Shown: positions 26,140 to 37,096 of the stretch, piece after piece
Layout: every line of letters begins with the position of its first letter
Position numbering within the stretch: position 1 is the stretch's first letter
NCBI GenBank assembly: GCA_001179505.1
Contig: CDMY01000973.1
Coordinates: forward strand, 1 to 64,000
Direction of reading: 5' to 3'
DNA from: Vitrella brassicaformis CCMP3155
Lineage: Eukaryota > Protista > Chromerida
Length of the DNA stretch: 64,000 bases
The notes under the pieces: generated by a model
The model's database searches: none
What the model saw: only the letters and a program-made list of their open reading frames with translations
Told to the model about the DNA's origin: nothing
Translations under genes and position numbers: made by a program

Positions 26140-27170
26140 GCTGGTCGATAGCGTCGAGCTCGGCGATGATGGCATCGTACACGTCGTCGCCGAGGCGCCC
26201 GTATCCGAGGTTGCTGATGTAGCCATGCAGCAGATTCAGGCGATCCCGCACCTGGTTGCGAATCGGGCCTGATGGATGGATCAGAGAAATCAATCAGCCG
26301 ACACACATCCATACATACGTACATGGTCACACTGGTTGGCCGATGGATTATCGATCAGATAATGTGGTCCTTCTTTATCGCTCTCTCTGCCTTGCCTAGA
26401 GACGCACCGGGGGGGTTGCGCGCTTTCTCGTGTAGGAACTGCTGGAGGTTCTGAGAGCGGCGGGCGATCAGCGTCTCGCAGGCGGCGGCGAACTCCGGGC
26501 TGTCGGCATCCACGAAGTTGTCCCACATGTCCTGGATGTCGGCGGCGGCCTCGTTGACGCCGTCAATGTATCGGCAGTCGGGAGTGTCGACCAGGCAGCT
26601 CGTCATTGAGTAGAAGGCCATTGTCAAATCATCCCTACGTACGCACAAGGACAACATACGCACAGACAGACAGACAGACATGCTCACACGTATTCTGTTT
26701 GTGCAGGATGGTTTGTGGTGTGTGTACCGTTCGTACCTCGCGCTGGTCGGCAGAAGCGGATAAGTAAGAGGTCGTCCAATATAAAAAGCAGGCAGCGATC
26801 CCTGAACCAACGAAGCGATCCCTGAGCCCTGATGCCCGCAAATGCATCACTACTACCATCCTCCTGCTGCTCCTCCTCCTCATGATGACCACCACGCCGT
26901 CGCGTTCTGGAGGAAGGCCGGCTGCCCCCCTCCATTCTGCGTGTCCTCAGCGTCGAACCACAGCTGGTGCTCCACTGCCTCGAGCGAGCAGAACCGAAGC
27001 CGACCCACAAAAGCGATGAAGGAATTCGATAGAGCAGCCAGGCCGTGGTCGATCGCCTCGCCATTGTGGGCCTCTGGCGGTTGGGTTCCAGCTGTGGGTG
27101 AGGGGGAGGTGCCATACATGACGTCCCGTCAGCAGCGGCCGGAGGAGCCCTCCTTGCCGTCGCCCGACTG
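26140..27170 (-). pseudogene. Possible decayed gene with helical coding-like exons
   Basis: Exon-like blocks DDLTMAFYSMTSCLVDTPDCRYIDGVNEAAADIQDMWDNF... and GPIRNQVRDRLNLLHGYISNLGYGRLGDDVYDAIIAELDAIDQL bounded by splice-like sites. I could not build an intact frame. Confidence 0.3.
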
Positions 27171-27354
27171 ATGGTTCCTCTTCCAGCCGAACCCGAAATC
27201 ACATCTACACACGCACATACACACAGAGAGAGAGACGCCTGTTTGTCGTTCTGTCTTTCCTTCTTCCCCAATCCAAGTGCGTACCTTCCTGAGCATGTAA
27301 AGCACTACTAAGCGGGCTAACTTGACTGCCGTCCACCCACTTCAACGCGCACAC

Positions 27355-27532
27355 CATCCATCCATCCATCCATGCATCCATCCATCCATGCATGCATCCA
27401 TCCATCCATCCATGCATCCATCCATCCATGCATCCATCCATCCATCCATGCATCCATCCATCCATGCATCCATCCATGCATCCGTCCATCCATGCATGCA
27501 TCCGTCCATCCATGCATGCATCCATCCATCCA
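27355..27532. repeat. Compound (CATC)n/(CATG) tetranucleotide array, ~180 bp
   Basis: Continuous catccatccatgcatcc... units. Confidence 0.9.
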
Positions 27533-27795
27533 CGCTTAGGAGGAAAAACACAGACCCCCATTTCGCACCAACACGGGCCCGTACGTATGAAAGACAGACA
27601 CTAATGCACCCATCCATGCCTCACCCTCGCCAATACTCGTCCCGCTTCGGCTGCACATGACGAGCCACCACACCGGCCTCCCCCGAGCCACCACACACCC
27701 ATCCTCGCCCTTGCCGTTGACTTCCCGCTCCCGCAGCCATGACAAAAAATACGACACAGCATCAGAAACACGCATGCACTCTCCACACACATGCA

Positions 27796-27824
<29 letters not shown>

Positions 27825-27826
<2 letters not shown>

Positions 27827-28432
27827 ACGTGCGGCGGGCGGGTTGGCCCCCCATCCCCAAACGACTCGCTACCCACTGCCCTGCGGCAGCAGCCGTCTCG
27901 CTCACGTCAGTGCAGAGAGCCCACCACCTCATCCTGAGGTCCTGGCTGGCCGCCCGGACCTCCCAGAGGTTCGGCCCCTCGTCACTGGGCTGCCACATCA
28001 CCCAATCGTTGGCCAACAGATTCCACTTCCACCCCCCCCCATGAGCCCGTCGCATGGCCCGTCGTAGCGGATGATCTTGGCATAGTATGGCACGTAGGGG
28101 AGGTGGTGGGCAGGAATGCCGCTTGCTCGCGGCAGAGAGTGTGGCGCCTTTCTGGCCTTCTGTGCCGCCTTGATATCGTTCAGCAGGACGGCCTTTCGCC
28201 TCGGTGGTGGTGCTGGGGGATGGTGGTCGTCCTGGTGGTCATGGCGGTGGTGCGTCGGTGCTGCCGGAGCGGCCATCTTCTGCTGGTATGCGATCGGCGT
28301 GGCCGCTACAGGTGCTGGCGATGTGTCGGGCGACGCGGGCGGTGGGGGGCATTGTGCGCCCTGGGGCGATGCGGCTGTGGATGGACAATGCTGTACAACG
28401 ACGAAATCTGTCTGTTTTCCTTTTTTCGTCAT
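27825..28432 (-). pseudogene. Copy B: linker plus Trp-rich module without a kinase domain
   Basis: ASPDTSPAP linker, then KAVLLNDIKAAQKARKAPH...WKWNLLANDWVMWQPSDEGPNLWEVRAASQDLRMRWW...RRT*. Homologous to 34051-34420, with a 1-nt frameshift in a poly-C tract near 28035. Confidence 0.55.
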
Positions 28433-29099
28433 CGAAGTAAAGGATCGCGCTTCTGAAAAGCAGCAGACAAGGCCACTGACGTGGGTAGTCTGGTCTGTGC
28501 AGACCAGACTCAGTGAGGCGCTTCCCAACCTTCCAGAAATGTGTCGAGAAAATGAGACGGGGATGAAGAGAAATCAGCATTTCATCTGCAAACACAGACA
28601 TGCCAAGGGGAGGCATATGAGCACACCCATGGCAACGAAATGCGCCATGCACTCATCCCTACACACTACGCAGACACACATCATCACCACAGACAACAGA
28701 CATAGCACACGGCGCCACACACACACGTACTCACCTGATGGAGGCGATTTGTGCGAGAAGAAGGTGCGTGCGCACTCTGCAGGGCACCAGACAGTTGCCA
28801 GCCGCTCCGCATAAGGCAGGGCATCACCAGGCGAGGCCTCGTCCCGGGGCACGGCGGTGGAGGAAAAAAGTAGCGGATGACATCTGGGCGAGTTGGGAGG
28901 GATAGAGGGAGATGAGGCGGACAATACAAGCCTAAAACCAGCCCAGAAGAGAAAGAAATGAAGGATCTGTGGCCGAAAGAAGGCTGGAAAGCCGAACGCG
29001 GACGAAAAATGTGAAAAAACTTATGCGAGCTCGTAAATCAGGGTTTGCGGGGTTTGTGTCGTCTCATCGCGGAAATCTCGACGCGCACTTCTGCAGAGC

Positions 29100-29500
29100 G
29101 GGAGGCCATAGAAGGCATAAAAGCAATGGACACAGGTGAGAAGAAGGAACCCAAATGACATCTCCCCTGTGGCTCAATGTGTGCTGCTTTCGTTGATCCA
29201 TCCAGGTGCGTCGAGCGCGTTGATCCATCCAGGTGCGTCGAGCGGCATTGGTCGGGCCATGGCAACACAGCTGGCCAAGGCGGGAGCGCGGCTGATCATC
29301 TCAGGCCGCAATGTCAGCGCCCTGAACGAGCTGCGGAGCTGCTGACCCTGCAGCCGCATGGGGCAGGACAGGAGGTCATCCTGACCGGCGAGACCATCGA
29401 CGAGGCCGCCAACGCCAACCCCACCCACGACCTCTCGCCCTCTGGGGCAGAGCAGCCGTCAGGGGCCGCCAGCCTGGGGTTCGGCACATCGACATAGTGA
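29100..29500 (+). pseudogene. Short-chain dehydrogenase/reductase (SDR) fragment
   Basis: Spliced IEGIKAMDT|GASSGIGRAMATQLAKAGARLIISGRNVSALNEL (Rossmann TGxxxGIG motif). Then a stop at 29343-29345 and frameshifted GHIDIV-like remnants. Confidence 0.7.
29191..29244. repeat. Perfect 27-nt tandem duplication spanning a splice acceptor
   Basis: CGTTGATCCATCCAGGTGCGTCGAGCG twice. Confidence 0.95.
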
Positions 29501-30063
29501 ATCCGCTGCGTGGGCACAAGAGGGATTGACAAGGATGGGCAGGGGGAGGGAGGGGGATGAGTGGGTTGGTGGTGTTTTTGAGTCAGGTTAAGTGTACAGA
29601 CAGACAGATACACAGACAGAGGATCCTTGTGGTTTTTTCTCCCTTTTTCTCCCTCCCTCCCTGGCTGGCTTTTTCATCCGTCCACAGCCCACCAGATGCT
29701 CTCTCTCTACACTGTGTGCTGCACGTACCCATGTAATTCATCTCATCTCGACTTATCAGGACGGCATCATGGTGTTCCGTGCCAATTCTTGCGTCGCGTC
29801 TTGGCTGTGGTGTGATGGTACTTGGGTGCCATACCAATACACGCATACGTTGTGCAGACAAAGGAGGGAGGGAGGAAGTGCAGTCACTGTGTGGATGGTC
29901 GGATGGACAGATGGGTGGCCTGACTGTGTGTGAGACGCATACTCACTAACCTAGATATCATCGAAGACATGGTATCTATCAGCATCGATGGAACCGCTAT
30001 GTGTGCAGGAGATACTCATTGGAAGCGGCACGGCACAGAGGCGTGGGCAAACCCACGGAAATG

Positions 30064-30095
<32 letters not shown>

Positions 30096-31690
30096 GCAGC
30101 TGTCCACTGACCTGACGTACACACACGGCACAGACGCACGCATACGGGACAGACACAGAGAGGGGGTGGGGTGAGTGTGTGCGGGGTGGATGGCACAAGT
30201 AAGAGTATTGTATGTGTGATCGTGTAAGCAAGTGCCACACATCAGTCGACGATGCACGCACACACACACACACGTGTATACGCACCGACGGACACACCAT
30301 ATGTATGTGTCTGTGTATGTGTGTGTGTGTGCGTGTGTGTGGAGGTGGCTGGTTGAGTGAGATGCCCTCTCTGCCCGACAGACACATGGATACGTATGTG
30401 AGGGTATCTGACTAGGCCAGCTGGCCAGGACAAGGAGGTACATACACACATGTACATGAGGTGTGCGGCGGCACAAGGAGCTGTCGATGGGATCGATGGG
30501 CCGAAAGCGCAGTGGTGGTGTCCGCTGGAGGCTGGAAAAACGCGGCCAGCGACGCACAACAGCGGCGGAAAGAGCAGTGCTCCTGCGCAGCACGAGAAAG
30601 CTGCGCTTCGTGTCGTGTCAGCAAGCAGTGGGAGGGAGGAGCCCTGGTGCGCACCTGTGTGCCTGAGTGGGGGCGGGCGTGTCGCGGGCCGCTAAGCAAA
30701 ACCGCCGGATGACAAAGGGAAGCCAGTGAATGAATGGTGGACCAGAAATGTAGGGCCAACAATGTGGAGTTAGTCAGTCACACAGATGCACCGAGTCGAC
30801 CTTTGTGTGCTCGTGGTGCGCATGTGTGTCTTGGCGGTGGGGTGTGGTGTGCAGCGGGCCGCACCCAACACCGCCAAAGCAGGAGAGGAGCAGCGAGTCT
30901 GCGGGTGCAGTCAGGTAAGCCTATACATCCATACAATCAGCACATGGTGAGTGGAGTGAGTAAGTCGAATGAATGAACCGTATCGTGGACCAAAAATACA
31001 ATAAATACGCACTCAGTCAGTCAGTCAGTAGTGAGTCGATACGGATGCACACGGGCATGGCGTTACGCTCACACCTCTACACGCATCTCACGCATCCACG
31101 AACCATGCATGGGTCACGATGGTCACCACATGAGAGTGAATTCGTCTGTCATCCATCCATCCATCCAGACACACCCCCCCCCGATGCCGATGTCGGGCCG
31201 CTCCTCAACGAACGCACCCGCCCCAACCAGAGGCCCCTCCCCTCCGACCGCTCCAGCTGACGGTAGTGCAGTGCCCTGGCTCCTCAGTCAGGTGACCTGC
31301 CCGGCACGCCACGCATGTCCATGGTGCCCCTGCATGGACAGCGTCGCCCTCACCGGGCTGCTGCTTCTGGAGTGGTAGGGCCACCGATCGTGTGGCGGCG
31401 GGCATGGCAAAGTCAGGGTCGGTGACCTGCTCCTGGCGCGACGCACGGTGGACGAGGGGAGTCTGTGCGCCAGGGAGGGGCTCGGTGGTGCTGGGCTTGC
31501 CGTTCACGGCACCTGAACGCATTCATAAACACATCGCAGAGACATACAGACAGATGCACCCGTCCATTCATCCAAGATGCAGGTAGGTCTGTCTTTCTGT
31601 CTGTCTGTCTGTCTGTCTGTCTGTGCGTGCTGTGTTTCACTTACCAGGGATGGAGTGGTGGCCAAGAAGGGCTGCGGTCCAGCCGAACTC

Positions 31691-31760
31691 TGAAGGCACG
31701 CACTCCCGAAGGAATGACTTGCCGATGAAGGCACGCACTCCCGGAGGAATGACTCGCCCG
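31691..31760. repeat. 35-nt imperfect tandem duplication
   Basis: TGAAGGCACGCACTCCCGAAGGAATGACTTGCCGA followed by TGAAGGCACGCACTCCCGGAGGAATGACTCGCCCG. Confidence 0.85.
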
Positions 31761-31889
31761 AGCCAGCCAGACAGACAGCCAATCGCCTCCACCTACACAC
31801 ACAGACAAAGACACACACAAACAGATACACACACAGACAGAGACACACAAGTATGTGCACACGCGAGATGAGCACATCCTTTGCGTGTG

Positions 31890-33240
31890 GTCATACGTGC
31901 GTACCTCCCGAAGCGCCGAAGATGACATGTTGACTCCTTGAGTGTTCGCCGGGCGGGAGGCCGCGAAGAGGGGCCGGAAACCGGTTGAGTCGAGCTGCAC
32001 GTTGAGGCCGCGGCGGGACTTGCCTGTGGCGACCGCCAGAAGGACACCGCGGCGCCGCAGGGCATCAAGGAAGTTGCGAGACCCGTCGAAGGGCTTAATT
32101 AACCTGACGAAAGACAATGCAATGGGGACCCATTGCATTGAGTCGATCGAGACATGTATGTATGTCGTGTGAGTCGATCGGTGTACATACCTGTGTGTCT
32201 CGATTTCCCTCCAGTGTGTGCGGTATGCGGCCTTGATCTCTTCGTGCGTCTCTTGGTCATCGTCCGGACAGAGCACCAGGGGCACGTCATCGATCGACAG
32301 GCCAATCGTCTCGCGAATCTCCCTCTCCAGACGCCTCTCGTCCATCGGCGGATCAGGGTCATGTCAACGTCATAATCACCAGAACCATCAGCCGCCTGCC
32401 GTCTCCTCTTGTTGTCGCGAGCGGTCTTCTTGCCCTCCTTGACGGCCCTCACCCAGCACCGGATGATCGAGGTCACCAAATCGACCACAGTGCCATCCCT
32501 GGTGGTGCACAGCACACGCAACAACCATTGCGGTGGCACGTGCATACACCGCTGCACACCTGCCCGGGTCACCTACTTACCAGTCGAAGCAGACGCACCA
32601 CCGGACGGGCTTGTCGGACACCGCCTCCCTGGAGAGGGAAGGTGGGGCGGCTGCTGGGTGTCTCGCTCGTAGTAGAGCTGGCCTTCCTGTGTGGGCTGCT
32701 GTGACCAACGGGTCTGCCGGATGGCCTCGCCCGTCGATCGCCGAGCGACTAAGGCCCACAGGCGGATTGCTGGCATGCGGCCCGGCATCTACAGCGCGGA
32801 GACGGCACTCCTGCGGCCTGACACAACCACTCCCACCTGCACACACACACACATGACAGCCATGAGAGCACAACAAGAGATGAGAGATGACCTCCGCCGT
32901 GTATGTGTGTGTGTGTAGGTCTCGTACCTTCCTCCTCCCAGGCAAGAAGCGGGGAGTCGTAGATGGATGGATGAGTGAATGGGCGGCGGCTGACTGCAGC
33001 CGGCCTGCAGAAGGACAACAGGCAGACAGAGAGACAGACGAGGAGCTCAGAGAGGTCGACCACATGTGTCTGTCACGTGTGCACATGTGTGAGTGTTCGC
33101 GTGTGTGTACCTGGATGAACAAACATGCCGGGCGGGCCAGCAAACACACCACACCACACACAGCGGCCTTCCCGCAACCTGAAGCAGCCAACCGACCAAA
33201 GACATCCGTGTATTGCATGTGTGTGCGTGTGTGCGCCAAG
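31890..33240 (-). pseudogene. HAD-IA (phosphoglycolate-phosphatase-like) hydrolase, bacterial-type, probably disrupted
   Basis: Motif I FDW|DGTVVD is split by intron 32580-32499. Then EIRETIGLS and PFDGSRNFLDALRRRGVLLAVATGKSRRGLNVQL. Apparent frameshift near 32345, and the motif III Lys is not visible. Confidence 0.65.
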
Positions 33241-34050
33241 TGCATGTCCGTACGTACAGCCCTGCCCTGCGTACTTACCGGTCGGTGGAGTGTGCATGGG
33301 AGGGGGGGAGGGAAGAAATGCGTATCATTTCCTTTTTGGTATTGCCTTCTTGTGGGCCTCTCTCTTCCCTCTCTCGGCCTTCTTTAGGGGGCCTTTGGCT
33401 TTGCTTTCCCTCTCTCTCTTCGTCCCTCCCCTTATCTGTCGGGCAGCCAGCCACCGAGTAAAAACTGACTAGATGACGTCAGAAATGACAGGAAAAATGA
33501 CTAAAGAATGCAATGACGCACACAGACAGGCCAGACGAACGAAATTGAGAGGGACAGGCAGGCGAAAACGAAACCCATCGGCCATGCGGACACGTGTGTG
33601 TGAGTGTGAGGGGCAGAGCCGTCATCAGCCAGGCCATGAAGGGGGAAAGGGACACACATGCACGCAGCCACCACACAAAGGTTTTCGAAGGGCACCACGG
33701 CCAGACAGCCGGCCATGGGCCCCTCCTTTTCTTGTCTTTTTCTTTTGCGGCGGCCAGCCGCACGTAGTGAGCATTATGGTACACGAGGCCCCTCACACAA
33801 CACACCCACGCCAGCCAGACGACACAAAAGAATGGGATGCACACACACCGCTAAGCAGGCCGGGCACCGCTCTCCTTTCCTCCACTTAGTGGTGCCTGCC
33901 ACTGCCACCGCTGCCGCTCGCCCTCATCCTCACGCACATCGCCCTCGCCCTCCAAGTCGAGCTCGTCGCCATCATCCCCAACGTTATTCACACCTCCGGA
34001 CCCGTCAGCAACCTCATGCACTCCCCACACACACATGCATTCTCTGTCTC

Positions 34051-34692
34051 TTAAGTGCGGCGTGCGGTGTGGCCCCCCAGCCCCGTACGACGCGCTACCC
34101 ACTGCCCTGCGGCCGCAGCTGTCTCGCCGACGTCAGTCCAGAAAGCCCACCACCCATGCGGAGGTCCTGCGTGGCAGCCCGGACCTCCCACATGTTAGGG
34201 CCCTCCCCACTTGGCTGCCACATCTCCCAGTCCTCCACCAAAGGGTTCCACTTCCACCCCCCCTCCATGTGGCCGCTGTACTGGACGACCTTGGCATGGT
34301 AGGGCACGAAGGGGAGGTTGTGGGCGGGAACCCCATTCACTCGGGGCAGCAAGTGCGGCGCGCCTCTCGCCTTCTGCGCTGCCTTGATATCGCCCAGCAG
34401 GACCGCCTTGGTGCGTGGCTGTAGTGGTGCCGCTGGCCTGTCGCCTGCTGCTGGGTGCTGGTGGTGGTGGATCTTGGCTGGGTGCGGATTGTCTGCCGAG
34501 CTCTGTTGCTGCTGCGTTGCTGGTGGGTTGGACGTCGCTGGGGCTGCAGGGTGAGGGGGTCGGTGGCCCCGAGTGCTGGCCGCCGGGGCCTCCCTCTCGC
34601 GAGGCGCGTTGAACACCTGACCTCTACCTGCAAGGAACATCACACGCAAAAGGGACAGAAGACAAGTTAGTCACTTGTCCGGTCTGTCGTGG

Positions 34693-34732
<40 letters not shown>

Positions 34733-36723
34733 GAACGTACGGCGGTCGGGATGGTTGCTAATCACAGCATCAGTCTGCTGTGGGATGGGCGTGTGGTGCA
34801 CGTCTGGGGCAGCAGGGACAGATGGCTCTCTGGCGTCTGCGGTGCCCTCCTCCCTCTCGTCAGTCTGCTCAAACACAGCCACCTGACCGGCATCTGCACG
34901 CAACACACATAGAGCATAAGAGCAGATGTATGCCACTGATTGCACTGACCGACCCCTGGCTACCCTGAGGCATACCCTGGTCAGCATGGCGGCTATTCAC
35001 AGCACCGGCCTGCGATGGAATGGCGGCCGCTAAAGGTGCTGGCGACGTGTCGGGCGACGCTGGTGGAGCGGGGCAGTGCATCTGGGGCGATGCGGCGGTC
35101 GATGGAACGGACGCCGCCGGTCCTGGGCTGCTGCCGGCCACCTTCGCCATTGCGATGTTCACCAGGTCGCCCGCCAAGCTGCGCAGCTCGTTGTCCACGT
35201 CAGCCAGGCTGCAGCGCTGGGTGGGCAACGGGCGAGTGGCTGCCTCACTCAGCCTCTCCAGCCGCTGGAGCGCCCCCTCGAGCCATTCCAGCCCCCTCTC
35301 CCTCCTGAGCTCCCACAGGCCGGCCTTGGCGTCGATGGGGTGGCCGTGCTCGTTCATGAGCTTCCGCCGACATTGCGGCCACCAGAAGGCGACTCTGGCC
35401 TGCTGCACCTCCTTGTGCTGCAGGACGGCCTTCTTGGCCGTCTCAAAGTCAGCCAGCTGCTGCTGGTAGGCGGTCCTAGCCTCCTCGGTGGCGCCGTGTG
35501 GCGGTTCGGTGGGCTGCTGCGGGAAGTCGGGCCAGTCCCCGGCATCCTTGGCCAGCTTGGTGGTGTACAGCTGGCTCCGCAGCGTGTTGTGCAGCGTGCA
35601 GCCGTAGTTGAAGGCCAGCGTCCGGTCGGTCAGCCAGAGGCCCTGCTTGGCGCCCTTGCCCACCACGTGGTCCTCTGCTCGCAGCGCCGCACGCAGCTGC
35701 AGATGCGTTCCAGAAACTCCACCCTCTTCTCCTCCGAAATCCACTGCCCGCCCCAGTCGAGGAGCTGGGGCGGCGACCCCACTCTCAGCCCCTCCATCAT
35801 GAGCATCAGCTGCTCCGGCGCAGCGTGGAAGCGGGTGTATGTGGGCAGCTGCTTCTCCTCCCTCTGGGCGGCCCTGGTCGTGGGAATGAGGGCGGCGTGG
35901 GGGCAGGGAGGGGTCGGGATGGTGCCGTCGGCAGAGTGCATGCAGGCGCCTGGCGGCTTGACGATGGCCGTGTTGCCGAGGTCGATGATGTAGGTGTCCG
36001 GCTCCTCCTGGAAGTCCAGGGCGTCCTTGTTGATGAAGACGTTATTCAGGCAGTGGTCGGGGCATACCAGGCCGTCCTCCTCCAGAGCTGCCCGCACCGT
36101 GCTCGTCGCCCAGTGCAAGGCGCGCACGAGTGCGATGCAGTCCTGCAGAATGGAGTCGGGGTCGCCTCGCTTCTTGGCCGCTATCCCCGCCATGTGCAGC
36201 TCCCACGACCAGATGACGGCATCAAGGCTCACGTACTCCCAGGAGTCGCGGCGAATGGTGGGGTCTGATGACACGACAAGACACAGAAAGAATGAAGCCA
36301 TTAGTGAGTGCATGGATGGAGTGCGTTTCCCTCCCTCCTGTTCTCACCTTTCAGAGGCTGCATGGCTATGTACAGGCACTCCTGTGGTGGGGCGCCCGAT
36401 CTCTCGCGATATGCCGCCGGATGCTGGGGGTTGGTGGCGGCGTCATACAGCCTGAGGAATGGCTGCATCGCTTTCCCCTCCCTCTCCCTTCTGGCCTGCA
36501 CCGTGGCCATCCTCTCCCTCTCGATGTCGAGCTCGGCGCAGAGGGTCCTCCAGACGGCCTTGGTCTTGTCGGTGCGGATGACCATTTTGTATGCGCGGAT
36601 GTGGCCGTCCACCTCTCCCGCCCTCACGACGCCGCGTGAGCCTTCGCCCAGGAGGTAGGGGAGCTGCACATGTTTGCCCTCAAGCGTCGTGAGGATGGGA
36701 TGGTCGGGCTGCTGCTGCATCAT
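34051..36723 (-). CDS. Atypical kinase-like gene, copy C: kinase + helical region + linker + Trp-rich module (two 1-nt frameshifts in the assembly)
   Basis: Motifs LGEGSRG, RAYK, CPDHCLNN, IDLGN and HAAPE. First intron at the same position as copy A. Phase-consistent introns link to ...DAGQVAVFEQ... and RGQVFNAP...KAVLLGDIK...WKWNP...RRT*. Frameshifts near 35700 and 34155. Confidence 0.7.
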
Positions 36724-37096
36724 CGCGCCTCGAAGGTTCTCTCTTATGCAAAAATGACGAGGGGAGCCGGGGGACTGCCGCGCTCCGCTTCTCGCCGACG
36801 GGTCTTGCTGTGCTGCTGTTGCTGCTACTGTTGTTGCTGTGCTGGTGGCTGTTCACTGACAGCTGTGTGCTCACGTCAGTGCTGTGCTGCTGAAACGTGA
36901 GGCGGGGGGAAAGAAGCGCAATCGCGTTTACAAGCTCGCAGTTTGCGGAGGCCTTTGGTGATTTTCCCCGTCATTCTCCATTGTTTCGTGGATTCGCTGA
37001 CAACAATGAGTTGAGTCCGTTCATTTGCAAGTGCATAGCGAGTGGGCGGCATAGCAGACACGTCTGAGTGAGCGGGCAGGAGCGGGCGCCGTCATC

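Noticed and set aside
27205-27660. MDGWMD/HPSIHP repeat ORFs
   Set aside because: Translations of the (CATC)n microsatellite.
31205-31522. WTCVACRAGH...HC motif resembling a RanBP2 zinc finger
   Set aside because: Cys spacing is incomplete and there is no supporting gene structure.
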